This document shows positions 1-9,026 of a DNA stretch of 64,000 nt, in pieces. Both the position numbers and the translations under genes were made by a program. The DNA is from Candidatus Roizmanbacteria bacterium RIFCSPHIGHO2_12_FULL_38_13. GTDB taxonomy: Bacteria > Patescibacteriota > Microgenomatia > UBA1406 > GWC2-37-13. The stretch spans positions 11,244-75,243 of the forward strand of contig MFZZ01000042.1 of NCBI GenBank assembly GCA_001789555.1. The letters run 5' to 3'. Under the pieces are notes generated by a model. It made no database searches, was not told where the DNA came from, and was given only the letters and a program-made list of their open reading frames with translations. How positions within the stretch are numbered: the stretch's first letter is position 1; each line of letters opens with the position of its first letter.

Positions 1-406
1 AATTTTGGAATTTTATAAAGATAAGAAGCTGCCAGAGGGTATTGTTGAGAAGACGATTCCACTTATCAAAGAACGTATTAAAAAGTTGTCTGATTATTAT
101 CCTTTATGCGAGTTTTACTTTAAAAAGCCGGAAAAATATGAACTAGATTTAAAAGACAACAAAGATCTGCTTAAAAAAATCTCCGAAAAATTGGGATCAA
201 TAAAAGAATGGAAAGCTGATGATATCGGCAAGTCCATGATCGATCTTGCCAAAACAGAAGGTATATCAAACAGCAAATTTTTCATGATTTTACGAATTGC
301 TATTTCCGGAAAAAAAATTACTCCACCGCTCAATGAATCGATGGAGATATTAGGTCAAGTAGAGAGCGTTAGCAGATTGAAAAATATTAAAAATGTCATC
401 TTATAG
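1..406 (+). CDS. gltX: glutamyl-tRNA synthetase, C-terminal fragment (5' end lies outside the window)
   Basis: ORF is open at the left edge. The tail ...FFMILRIAISGKKITPPLNESMEILG... resembles the conserved GluRS C-terminal region. Confidence 0.55.
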   Translation, partial: ILEFYKDKKLPEGIVEKTIPLIKERIKKLSDYYPLCEFYFKKPEKYELDLKDNKDLLKKISEKLGSIKEWKADDIGKSMIDLAKTEGISNSKFFMILRIAISGKKITPPLNESMEILGQVESVSRLKNIKNVIL

Positions 407-2093
407 TAGATTACTTTATATACACCAAAACGAACTGTATCATAATGCTCACAAACGAGTTTCCGAAGATATTCAGGCCGTATACAAACGTAATAAGATC
501 GCAGTTGGTCTGCCAAAAGGTGTTAAAAGTCGATACGCCATATCCGGTCTTCCAAATTCTTACGCAGTGATAGGAATGATGTGGGGGGATGAAGGTAAGG
601 GAAGAATAGTTGATAATTTACTTGAAAAATTACTTACAAATCCTGGTATAAAAAATGCTTACGTTGTTCGTTTTCAGGGCGGTAGCAATGCTGGTCACAC
701 GGTTTACAAAGACAGGCACAAAATTCCACTTCATCAGCTTCCATCCGGGATACTTCACAGTCGATCAGTCAACATCATGGACAGCGCAATGGTGATCCAT
801 ATGGAAGATTTACAGACAGAAATCATCGATGCCGAAGCGATCGTTGGCGATCTTCAAGAAAGACTAGTTCTTAGCGAGGATGCGATGTTGAGTACTGATC
901 TTGAGCGGGCAGAAGAGGTATTTCTACGTGAAAAAACATTGGGAAAATCAAAAGGTGGTACGGGGCGGGGCATGTCGCAAACTGTCGCTCATTATATTGA
1001 CAGGCAAGGATTCATCGTTGCAGACTTATTTGAAAAAAACTGGAAGGCAAGATTTTCAAAAAAGTATGATACTTACAAACGTGATTTTGCGGCTTGGGAT
1101 CATGATTTAGCGACGACGGATGTCCCTGATTTTCGGCAAACAAGAAAACAAAAAAAACCTTTAACTAGAAAAGTTGGGACAAAAAAAGAGTTTTTAGAAA
1201 GATTGCACAATGTCAGAAATTGGTTTCTCAAAAGAGATTCAAAACTTTCAAAAAAGCAAAGACTGATCCAAAACACTTTTCCAATTCATCATCAAATAGA
1301 AGATTTTCTGGTTTCGCGAAAAGCAAGCGTTGTTTTTGAGGGAGCACAGGCTGTTGGATTGCATTTCAGACTTGGTAGGCGCCCTGATGTGACTTCGACC
1401 GACACAACTATGACCGGGATCAAAGACAGTACAGCTTATTACACGCGGGAGATGATCGGAGATGGAATTGGTGTATTTAAGGCAACATACGACAGTAGTG
1501 TCGGTCAAGTCAAACCAATGACAATTATCAACCTACCTAAAGACGATCTACTCTTGAAAGTTAAGCAAAAAATCGGGGACACTTGGAAAAACTGGAACGA
1601 TGAGGATTACTGGCGGGAAATAAAAAAATTGAAGAGTTTGTCGGTAGAACAGAAATATGCAGCCTGGATACGTGAGGTAGCCAAGGAAAAGGGTACGACG
1701 ACCGGCAGGTACCGCGAAATATGTTATCTTGACTTGGCGGCGATGAGATTTAACGCCAAAATGTCCGAAGTAACTATGCTCGCAGTGACGCATCTTGATA
1801 TCGCCCGCAAAGATCATGCTATCAGAGTGTGTACACATTATACCGACTCAAAAGGGAGAAATAGTCCATATCAACCTGGTCAAAAAAGGCAAAAAGGATT
1901 AAAGCCCCATTATGTCGATCTGCCCGGATTTGACGGTCGGCAAGTACAAAAGGCCAAAAGATTTGATGAGTTGCCAGAAAATGCCAAAAAATTTCTTGCC
2001 TTTATTCAAAGACAAGTAGGTCTGCCAATAACCATAGTTTCAACAGGTCCAAATCGTGAAGACGTGGTCTTTATATCTTCTTTCCTGTCATAA
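393..2093 (+). CDS. purA: adenylosuccinate synthase homolog, unusually long (566 aa)
   Basis: Carries the motifs MMWGDEGKGRIVD, GGSNAGHTV, TGRGMS, KGTTTGRYRE and VSTGPNRED in the order expected for PurA. It also has an N-terminal extension and two internal insertions. Confidence 0.75.
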   Translation: MSSYSRLLYIHQNELYHNAHKRVSEDIQAVYKRNKIAVGLPKGVKSRYAISGLPNSYAVIGMMWGDEGKGRIVDNLLEKLLTNPGIKNAYVVRFQGGSNAGHTVYKDRHKIPLHQLPSGILHSRSVNIMDSAMVIHMEDLQTEIIDAEAIVGDLQERLVLSEDAMLSTDLERAEEVFLREKTLGKSKGGTGRGMSQTVAHYIDRQGFIVADLFEKNWKARFSKKYDTYKRDFAAWDHDLATTDVPDFRQTRKQKKPLTRKVGTKKEFLERLHNVRNWFLKRDSKLSKKQRLIQNTFPIHHQIEDFLVSRKASVVFEGAQAVGLHFRLGRRPDVTSTDTTMTGIKDSTAYYTREMIGDGIGVFKATYDSSVGQVKPMTIINLPKDDLLLKVKQKIGDTWKNWNDEDYWREIKKLKSLSVEQKYAAWIREVAKEKGTTTGRYREICYLDLAAMRFNAKMSEVTMLAVTHLDIARKDHAIRVCTHYTDSKGRNSPYQPGQKRQKGLKPHYVDLPGFDGRQVQKAKRFDELPENAKKFLAFIQRQVGLPITIVSTGPNREDVVFISSFLS

Positions 2094-2268
2094 TTTTTTT
2101 TGAAATTTTTGGAGATCTGTCTTTAGTCTTTGGTATTAATTTTCGAGGAATGGGTGATCAGTCCCCATATATCTTGACGCGTTAAATCCGGGATCGACTT
2201 TTTTTAGGAGTGGAGATGATTTGGTCGGTGAGACAAGAGAGATAAGAGTTTATAAACATAAAAATCAC

Positions 2269-2454
2269 CTAATAGCTTTTTTCTTGAAAACCGGCGGTAG
2301 TCATCTTGTCTATAGATTGACCAAAGCAGTTGTAGCAACCATCAATCCAGACACTTCTATAAAAAATTTCAGTCTTACTTGAAGATTTGATTATATTTTT
2401 GCAGAAGGGACAGATATAATCGCGCTTGGAATTCTTTTTAAGTTTTATTTTCAT
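2269..2454 (-). CDS. small zinc-ribbon-like protein
   Basis: 61 aa ORF with two Cys pairs (CPFCKN and CYNC). Confidence 0.3.
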   Translation of the reverse strand: MKIKLKKNSKRDYICPFCKNIIKSSSKTEIFYRSVWIDGCYNCFGQSIDKMTTAGFQEKSY

Positions 2455-2547
2455 TGTTATTCAAGGAAAAATATAACAATCTATATTCTGTATTATACTT
2501 CTTTTTTCTATAACAGCTTGAGCACTTTTGATAAGACTATTATTTAT

Positions 2548-3351
2548 CTAATCTGTCTTCTGTTTCATTAAAAACGTCAAAAAGAAGATTACCAAAGTTA
2601 TAAGAACGATTGTTCCTCCCGTTGAAAGATTTAAATAAAATGACACAAATATTCCCGAAATAACGGAAAAAATGGAGATGATCTCGGAGTATATAATGGT
2701 TTGTTTAAAGCTTTTTTTAAGTTGTAATGCGGCGACAACGGGGATAACAATAAGTGCCGATATGAGAAGCACTCCAACAACGGGTATAGCCAATGAAACA
2801 GTCAGGGCAGTCAATATAATAAGGAGGGTATTGATAAATTTTGTCGGAATACCGCTTACCTTTGCCGACTCCTCGTCAAATGTCACGTAAACAAGCTCTT
2901 TATAAAATGCGATAAGCAAAGCTATGACTATCGCACCAAGTACTCCAATCATATACACATCGGATTGTTTGACTGTTACGATGCTTCCAAATAAATAATT
3001 GAACAAGTCTACTCTAAATCCGTGGGCAATACTGATAAGTACGATTGCCAGAGCCAGACTGCCCGATAGAAATATCGCAAGAGCAGATTCGCCGTATACT
3101 TTTTTGCTACTGCGCAGTTTTTCAATTGAAATAGAAGAAATAACAGTCGAGACCAGAGCCGTAATCATGGGATTGAGCTTCAATATCAACCCGAATGCTA
3201 TTCCGGCCAGTGAAACATGAGCCAAAGTATCGGCAATAAGTGAATATCTCCTCAAAACCAAAAATATTCCAATCAAAGGTGCAATAACCGCGATGATAAA
3301 TCCGGCTTCAAGACCTCGAACTATAAAACCATATTGAAAAATTTCCAGCAT
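2548..3351 (-). CDS. metal (Zn/Mn) ABC transporter permease, ABC-3 family
   Basis: Polytopic membrane protein typical of ZnuB/MntB/TroC. Its start abuts the ATPase gene stop (1-nt overlap). Confidence 0.8.
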   Translation of the reverse strand: MLEIFQYGFIVRGLEAGFIIAVIAPLIGIFLVLRRYSLIADTLAHVSLAGIAFGLILKLNPMITALVSTVISSISIEKLRSSKKVYGESALAIFLSGSLALAIVLISIAHGFRVDLFNYLFGSIVTVKQSDVYMIGVLGAIVIALLIAFYKELVYVTFDEESAKVSGIPTKFINTLLIILTALTVSLAIPVVGVLLISALIVIPVVAALQLKKSFKQTIIYSEIISIFSVISGIFVSFYLNLSTGGTIVLITLVIFFLTFLMKQKTD

Positions 3352-4112
3352 TAGTGGTTGTGTAAAATCAATCTAACTTGGGCGCCATAAAGTTTTTTCA
3401 GACCATCATTTTTTATAAAATCTTTGGGGTTGCTGTCGTATATAAGTGTTTGATTGATACAGGCCATTTCAGTTGTTTCATGAGTAATAACATCGATATC
3501 ATGGGAAACAAGTATTAATGTCAAATGCAGTTCCTGGTTTAGCTTCTTGAGAAGTCCATAAAATTCTTCTTGCGTTTTTATATCAACTCCGATCGTTGGT
3601 TCGTCAAGAAATATCACTTCCGGTTGACCGGCCAAAGCTTTGGCTATAAACACTCGTTGTTGTTGTCCTCCCGACAGATCGCCGATGATTTTATTTCGCA
3701 GGTCCCACATATCTACTTGTTCTAACGATTTTTTAACTATTGCATGGTCGGAGTCAGTGAGTGAATGAAACAACCCACGTTTTCCGATGCGTCCCATATT
3801 CACCACTTCTTTAACAGTGATCGGAAAGTTAGTATCAAAATTCACGGCTTTTTGAGGAATATACCCGACCTTTGACCAGTAACTGAATTTTTGTATATCC
3901 TGACCAAACAAAAATATCTTGCCAGATGTCGGTTTGAGTAGACCAAGCATTATTTTTACAAGTGTAGTTTTACCTCCGCCATTTGGGCCAACTATGCCAA
4001 GATAATCACCCTTATGAACGTTTAAAGTAATATTTTTCAGTACGTCTTTTTCTCCATATGAAAAGGAGACATTTTTGACCTCAATTATATTTTGGCTGTG
4101 ATCTACTGACAT
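3351..4112 (-). CDS. metal ABC transporter ATP-binding protein
   Basis: Walker A GPNGGGKTT, signature LSGGQQQR, Walker B IFLDEPT. Confidence 0.85.
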   Translation of the reverse strand: MSVDHSQNIIEVKNVSFSYGEKDVLKNITLNVHKGDYLGIVGPNGGGKTTLVKIMLGLLKPTSGKIFLFGQDIQKFSYWSKVGYIPQKAVNFDTNFPITVKEVVNMGRIGKRGLFHSLTDSDHAIVKKSLEQVDMWDLRNKIIGDLSGGQQQRVFIAKALAGQPEVIFLDEPTIGVDIKTQEEFYGLLKKLNQELHLTLILVSHDIDVITHETTEMACINQTLIYDSNPKDFIKNDGLKKLYGAQVRLILHNH

Positions 4113-5047
4113 TCGAGAGCTGTGCGTAAATTATTAAGATTATCTCGCATTATTGAAAAATAATTTTTTCCTTGCTCAATATCTTTTTCCGATACTCCTT
4201 CGATTGGATCAAGTACCAGAGTTTGAGCTCCGATCTCATTTGCCAAGGTATTTGATAGTTTCGGACTAACCAGTGTCTCAAAGAAAATATATTTGATATT
4301 GTTCTGTTTTGCAAATTCGGCTAAGTCGATGAGTTGCCTTGCCGAAGGTTCTTCGTCAGGTGAAAGGCCGGAAATAGGGACTTGATCAAAACCGTATGTG
4401 GTGGCAAGATATCCAAAAGCAGTGTGAGAGGTAACTATATTTTTTTGGGTACAATTATTTAGTCCTTCTTTGTATTGCACATCAAGTTCGTCAAGTTTGA
4501 CCTTCAGTGCGTCGGCATTTTTTTCATAGGTTTCTTTGTTATTCGGATCAGCCTTGATAAATCCTGCCAAAATATTAACCACTTCTTTTTTTGCAAGCTG
4601 CGGACTTAACCAGACATGAGGATCTTGGATAGTTTCACCTTTTTCTTCAGCCTGCTTATTTGCTATACCATCACTTGCGGTAACTATTATCACTTTTTTG
4701 TCATTTAAATTTTGTTTCATATTATCACCCCAAAGCTCCAAGCCTCCACCATTTAAAATCAGAAGATCACTTTTTTCAAAGTTAACAATATCCTGAATTG
4801 TTGGTTCGTAATCATGAGGTTCGGCTCCTGAAGGAGTAACATTCGTGACTTCGGCCTTGTCACCAGCAATTTGTGAGGCAAAGAAATAAATTGGATAAAG
4901 TGAAGTAACTACTTGTGGTTTTTCAGACTCAACATCCGTTGAAGAATCGTTTTTCAAAATTTTATCTTTCAAGTTAAAACCCAAGATCGCAACCAAAATT
5001 AAGATTAAAACAACCCAGATTGTATTTTTTTTCATACTTATTGACAA
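4103..5047 (-). CDS. metal ABC transporter substrate-binding protein (ZnuA/TroA-like)
   Basis: N-terminal membrane anchor. His-containing blocks GAEPHDYEP, DPHVWLSP and TSHTAFGYL are typical of cluster-9 binding proteins. Confidence 0.8.
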   Translation of the reverse strand: MSISMKKNTIWVVLILILVAILGFNLKDKILKNDSSTDVESEKPQVVTSLYPIYFFASQIAGDKAEVTNVTPSGAEPHDYEPTIQDIVNFEKSDLLILNGGGLELWGDNMKQNLNDKKVIIVTASDGIANKQAEEKGETIQDPHVWLSPQLAKKEVVNILAGFIKADPNNKETYEKNADALKVKLDELDVQYKEGLNNCTQKNIVTSHTAFGYLATTYGFDQVPISGLSPDEEPSARQLIDLAEFAKQNNIKYIFFETLVSPKLSNTLANEIGAQTLVLDPIEGVSEKDIEQGKNYFSIMRDNLNNLRTALECQ

Positions 5048-5439
5048 TCTTGGCAGAGGCCAAAAAATTCTAAATGGTGATGATCGATCAGAAACTTGGA
5101 TTTTTCGTTGATTTTCTTGTCAAAATTTATTTCATTCATCTCCACATCTTCGATCGTCCCACATTTATTGCAAATCAGATGGTGATGATGATAGTTTTTA
5201 TTGACAAGCTCATATCTTTTCTTACCCTCACCAAGTTCGATGGAGTAAACAACACTCATCTTTACAAAAAGCTCGAGCGATCTATAAACCGAAGCAAGAT
5301 CGACCCGAATATTCTTTTTGTCCAAAGCATCATGTATTTCCTCGGCAGAGAGGGGATAGTTCGACAGTACCTTTATGATTTCTAGACGAGGTTTTGTCAC
5401 TCGAAATCCTTTTTCTTTGAGTAGAGAAACAATGTTCAT
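5038..5439 (-). CDS. Fur-family metalloregulator (Zur-like)
   Basis: Winged-helix N-terminus, HHHHLICNKCG and a C-terminal CQDC pair. It is the first gene of the znu-like operon. Confidence 0.8.
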   Translation of the reverse strand: MNIVSLLKEKGFRVTKPRLEIIKVLSNYPLSAEEIHDALDKKNIRVDLASVYRSLELFVKMSVVYSIELGEGKKRYELVNKNYHHHHLICNKCGTIEDVEMNEINFDKKINEKSKFLIDHHHLEFFGLCQDCQ

Positions 5440-5449
5440 TAGACAGTAT

Positions 5450-5470
5450 TATTGCAAATTAGTTGCAATA
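5450..5470. promoter_or_regulatory. candidate Zur operator (perfect 8-5-8 inverted repeat TATTGCAA-ATTAG-TTGCAATA)
   Basis: Perfect palindrome 11 nt upstream of the zur start codon. Confidence 0.4.
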
Positions 5471-5628
5471 TGTCAAGAAGCACTATTTTTTAAGAAATCT
5501 CTTTAAACAAGGATCAGAGCGGGATGATTTGTGGGGGTATTAATTTTTCCAGAGATGTTGAAGATGAAAGTCTTAGAGAAAAGATAATAAGGATTGTTAA
5601 CAAGAGGTAGTTTATTTGAGAGCCATCC

Positions 5629-6207
5629 TCACTTAGATTTTTTAAGATCGGCAATTTCTTTTTTTTGTTCTATCATTTTTAATTCTCGGCCGACCATAAA
5701 TTTATTCATTTTCTCCAGCACTTTATTTTTATCGCTGATTTCTCCTGTCCTTTCGACTATTTTACCCTCAAGTCCTTCTGTATATTCTGCCAATTTTTTC
5801 TCAAGGTTCTTTCTGACTGAAATATCTTCTATGGCCAGAATAATGAGTCGCACCGAATCTATTTGTCTTGCATTAAGGATCATTGTTCTTTCTCCAATTG
5901 TTTTAAAAACATGAAAAACTTCATAATCTCTAACAACTTTTTTCTCGGGCAGGATTTTTTCCAATAAATTTTTCAGTTCGGGAATATCCCACTGACCGTT
6001 GCCTAAATTATATAGCAGCATATTCTCCGTTTCTTTTTTTGTAACTTGGAAGGTATCGTAGAAAATTGGGTTAGCTGTAATCACCCGAAGATCGGCATCA
6101 AGAATTAGGAAGGACTCCCTGGCGACATCTACCAATGTTGTCATGTAATGCAGAGCAGTCTTTATGTCTTCTGTGAACGGTGTTTCTTTATCATTATCAT
6201 CTTTCAC
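5629..6207 (-). CDS. stand-alone PAS-domain protein with C-terminal coiled coil
   Basis: PAS-like block (FLILDADLRVITANPIFYDTF ... GERTMILNAR) followed by a heptad-rich tail. No output domain is present. Confidence 0.5.
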   Translation of the reverse strand: MKDDNDKETPFTEDIKTALHYMTTLVDVARESFLILDADLRVITANPIFYDTFQVTKKETENMLLYNLGNGQWDIPELKNLLEKILPEKKVVRDYEVFHVFKTIGERTMILNARQIDSVRLIILAIEDISVRKNLEKKLAEYTEGLEGKIVERTGEISDKNKVLEKMNKFMVGRELKMIEQKKEIADLKKSK

Positions 6208-6353
6208 GGCTGACCCCTTTCTAATAATTTGTTACATATTTGTAACTATTATTACGTTATCCAGAATTATGCGTTTTGTCAAGTGCGAAAGGGATTGTTT
6301 TTTTAGGCACATATTGTCCGAAATTTCCATTTAAATCTTTTTTTGAGAGCCAT

Positions 6354-6383
6354 TGGGGATGACCGGATAGACGGGTTTTGGAC
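6354..6383 (-). repeat. cassette-junction repeat R1 (GGATAGAC family, resembles a tRNA 3' end)
   Basis: TGGGGATGACCGGATAGACGGGTTTTGGAC. About 21 of 25 positions match R5. Confidence 0.6.
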
Positions 6384-6405
6384 AGGAATGTTATAATGAA
6401 GGGAA

Positions 6406-7293
6406 ATGCTCCATAAAATTTCTTATTTATTTCCGAATAAAAACGATCAAGAAAAAGATTTTTGCCGAAATTTACTACTACTTTTTGGAAAGCTACAAAA
6501 TACAGTAAAAAGTTCTGATCAGTTAATAATATTTCCTTCATATCCTAAAAATTCTTTACCTGTAACAGTAGTTAAAAGTGATTCTATTCCTTTTCCTCAA
6601 GTAGTATTTGAAACTGAAAAAGAAATATTGTTGAAGATGAAGTATTTTTATCTGACTTCGAGAAAAGACAATTCAGTAAAGTCAGAGACTTTTAATTCAC
6701 ATAAAGATACAGTGGCAAAAAAAGACAACATTGGCAGTTATATACAATTAACAGCTGGTTCAACTCAATTATTTCAACTTTCGTTAGGTGAAATACATCG
6801 GAGAATTGGGAAACATATAGTCCGTATAGATCATACAGGTGTGAATATTCCTTCAGCGATAATAAATAGAAATGAATGGAGTCAGTTAATAAAAAATTTA
6901 TCAAGGGAATGTAATATCTATAACTATCCAACAGGTGAAGATTGGCCATTTGTTCTTCCTTCGACCGAAGAAGAGTTTAAAAATGATATTACAGATTTTC
7001 ATATGGTTCGCAAACCAAAATTTGAATTAGTTTATGATCAATATTTATCTATTCCAACGATTCAATTTGATATAGAAACTGATTTGATAAGAAAAAAAGT
7101 TGAAGAATTATTACCCAATCCTTATGGGATTAGTTTTCCCGACTTGGCTGATTTTTTTAGAACTGTTTATATTTATCATCCATGGGGAGGATTGGCAATA
7201 CGCTTTGATATTGGTTTTAAAAATAATGATCAGAAAAGTGATTGGGAAACAGGAGAATGGTTAGTTAAAGATGGAGGAAGAATAAAATTCTGA
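6406..7293 (+). CDS. hypothetical protein (possible VOC/glyoxalase-like fold); true start may be 6637
   Basis: Long ORF. VRIDHTGVNIP resembles the first beta-strand/metal ligand of VOC proteins. The N-terminal ~77 codons are doubtful. Confidence 0.4.
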   Translation: MLHKISYLFPNKNDQEKDFCRNLLLLFGKLQNTVKSSDQLIIFPSYPKNSLPVTVVKSDSIPFPQVVFETEKEILLKMKYFYLTSRKDNSVKSETFNSHKDTVAKKDNIGSYIQLTAGSTQLFQLSLGEIHRRIGKHIVRIDHTGVNIPSAIINRNEWSQLIKNLSRECNIYNYPTGEDWPFVLPSTEEEFKNDITDFHMVRKPKFELVYDQYLSIPTIQFDIETDLIRKKVEELLPNPYGISFPDLADFFRTVYIYHPWGGLAIRFDIGFKNNDQKSDWETGEWLVKDGGRIKF

Positions 7294-7301
7294 ATTTGCC
7301 T

Positions 7302-7327
7302 TGAGTGACCGACGGGGATCGAACCCA
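7302..7327 (-). repeat. R2: partial copy of the 3' end (T-arm plus acceptor strand) of a tRNA-His-like gene
   Basis: GTGACCGACGGGGATCGAACCC versus GTGACCGACGGGACTCGAACCC in the intact tRNA-His at 10147-10223 (20 of 22), same orientation. Confidence 0.7.
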
Positions 7328-7344
7328 GTTGATATAATTTCTCT

Positions 7345-8268
7345 ATGACTTCAATATCTGCCACTGCCACTAACTTTCATAAACGAATAGTTATAAGAAT
7401 TGAAGAGTTAATGAAAGACAATATTGTTGATATAAAAATCCCCCTTCAGGGAATGACGAGTAAAGTTTTTTTTATTAAAACTGAAGAGAGAAGAGAATAT
7501 GCTGTAAAGTATGGAAAGGAGGCAAAGAATGATATTCCTGCATATGAACTGCTTGCAAAAGAAAAAATAAACATACCTGTTCCCAAGCTATATAACTCTT
7601 TTATATTGGAAGAATGTACTGTTTTAATATTTGAGAAAATTAGCTATCCTCTACTTGAATCAATACGGACTGCAGAAATGTCAAGATATATCCCTTCGAT
7701 GGTTCAAAACCTTAAAAAACTTCATACAATAAAATTTCATAAACCACGTCTTCTTATTGAGAAAGAAAGTAATAAAACTTGGAAAGAAATGATGTTATCT
7801 TTATTTGAAATTAATGATTGGGAGAAGATAAGTAATAGAGAAGGTTTAGATACAGATTTGATTCAAACATCCGTCAAAGAGATAAGAGAAAAGATACGTA
7901 AAACTAATTTTCATATTCATGAATATTCCTTTCTTCATACAGATTTTAATCAAAGAAATTTATTTATTGATCCTAAGAGCGATAAGATAACTGGAATCAT
8001 TGATTGGGAAGAAGCCATATTTGGGGATCCATTATATGATTTTGCAAGAATTCGTATGTTTATTTGGCATTTTCATTTAGGAAGAAAAGTAGTTGAAGAT
8101 TACTATAAACTATTAAGCTATACTCCAGAACAAAAAAAACGAGAAGAATTATATTGGCTTTTACGTGTTATCCAATATCTCCGTTGGTATTCTGAGGAAT
8201 TAAGTGAGTTTAATATAGCTAGAGTAAAATTACATCAAGATTTATTAAGAAAATATCAATGGAGATAA
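7345..8268 (+). CDS. aminoglycoside phosphotransferase (APH)/choline-kinase-family kinase
   Basis: Catalytic loop HTDFNQRNLFID and IIDWEEAIFGDPLYDF (Brenner and DFG-equivalent motifs of the APH fold). Confidence 0.7.
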   Translation: MTSISATATNFHKRIVIRIEELMKDNIVDIKIPLQGMTSKVFFIKTEERREYAVKYGKEAKNDIPAYELLAKEKINIPVPKLYNSFILEECTVLIFEKISYPLLESIRTAEMSRYIPSMVQNLKKLHTIKFHKPRLLIEKESNKTWKEMMLSLFEINDWEKISNREGLDTDLIQTSVKEIREKIRKTNFHIHEYSFLHTDFNQRNLFIDPKSDKITGIIDWEEAIFGDPLYDFARIRMFIWHFHLGRKVVEDYYKLLSYTPEQKKREELYWLLRVIQYLRWYSEELSEFNIARVKLHQDLLRKYQWR

Positions 8269-8305
8269 AAGTAATTTATTTTGATATAAAAATTCATATC
8301 AATTA

Positions 8306-8334
8306 TGGTTGTCTGGATAGACTAGTTTCGAACC
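8306..8334 (-). repeat. cassette-junction repeat R3 (GGATAGAC family)
   Basis: TGGTTGTCTGGATAGACTAGTTTCGAACC. About 25 of 29 positions match R5. Confidence 0.6.
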
Positions 8335-8371
8335 TGCATAAAAATATAAGCGATACTGCTATAATAATAAC

Positions 8372-8665
8372 ATGCAAAAAATAAATATTACTAAACGTAT
8401 TATTGCGGAAATTAAGCCAGATCTTAAATCCAAGTTTAAAGTAAAGACTATTGGTTTGTTTGGTTCGGTAGCAAGAGCCGAGGATGACCAACATAGTGAT
8501 ATTGATCTTCTTGTTGAATTTTTTGAGCCTGTCAGCTTCTTCCATTTTTTGGATTTAGAAGAGTATCTCAAAGATAAGCTGAAGCAAGATATGGATTTGG
8601 TTACAAAAAATGCTTTGAAACCTCATATAGGCAAACAAATTCTCCAAGAAGTCACTTATTTATGA
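8372..8665 (+). CDS. MNT-type nucleotidyltransferase (antitoxin of a HEPN/MNT module)
   Basis: GLFGSVARAEDDQHSDIDLLVEF motif (GSxxRG...DxD). Its stop overlaps the next start as ATGA. Confidence 0.8.
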   Translation: MQKINITKRIIAEIKPDLKSKFKVKTIGLFGSVARAEDDQHSDIDLLVEFFEPVSFFHFLDLEEYLKDKLKQDMDLVTKNALKPHIGKQILQEVTYL

Positions 8666-9011
8666 TTCAACGTATACAAACAGACTATATTCAAGATATT
8701 GTCACTTCAATTGAAGATATTGAAGAATTTATAAAAGATATGTCATATGCAGAATTTACTGAAGATCGTAAAACCGCGAAGGCAGTGGTACGCAGTTTTG
8801 AAGTAATGGCGAAGCAATAAAAAAAATTGATGATAATTTGAAACAAAAATATTTCGGAGTACCTTGGAAGAAAATTGCAGGTATGCGAGATAAGTTGATC
8901 CATGAATATTTTGGTATCGATTTAGAAATCATTTGGAAAACAGTTCATGAAGATTTGCCTCAGATAGAGCCTCCGTTAAAGCAGATTTTAAATGATCTTC
9001 AAAATGAATAA
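8662..9011 (+). pseudogene. HEPN (DUF86) toxin gene with a 1-nt deletion near 8807
   Basis: Frame 1 reads ...AVVRSFEVMAKQ stop. The adjacent frame continues GEAIKKIDDNLKQKYFGVPWKKIAGMRDKLIHEYFGIDLEIIW (the RxxxxH HEPN motif). Joining them needs one extra base between GTA and GGC. Confidence 0.7.
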
Positions 9012-9026
9012 TGAATGGTATTTAGT

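Noticed and set aside
6257-6541. 94-aa minus-strand ORF upstream of the PAS gene.
   Set aside because: It has no recognisable motif, contains junction repeat R1 and overlaps the doubtful 5' part of ORF 6406-7293. It is probably non-coding spacer.
8691-8903. 70-aa minus-strand ORF.
   Set aside because: It is antisense to the recognisable, frameshifted HEPN/DUF86 gene.
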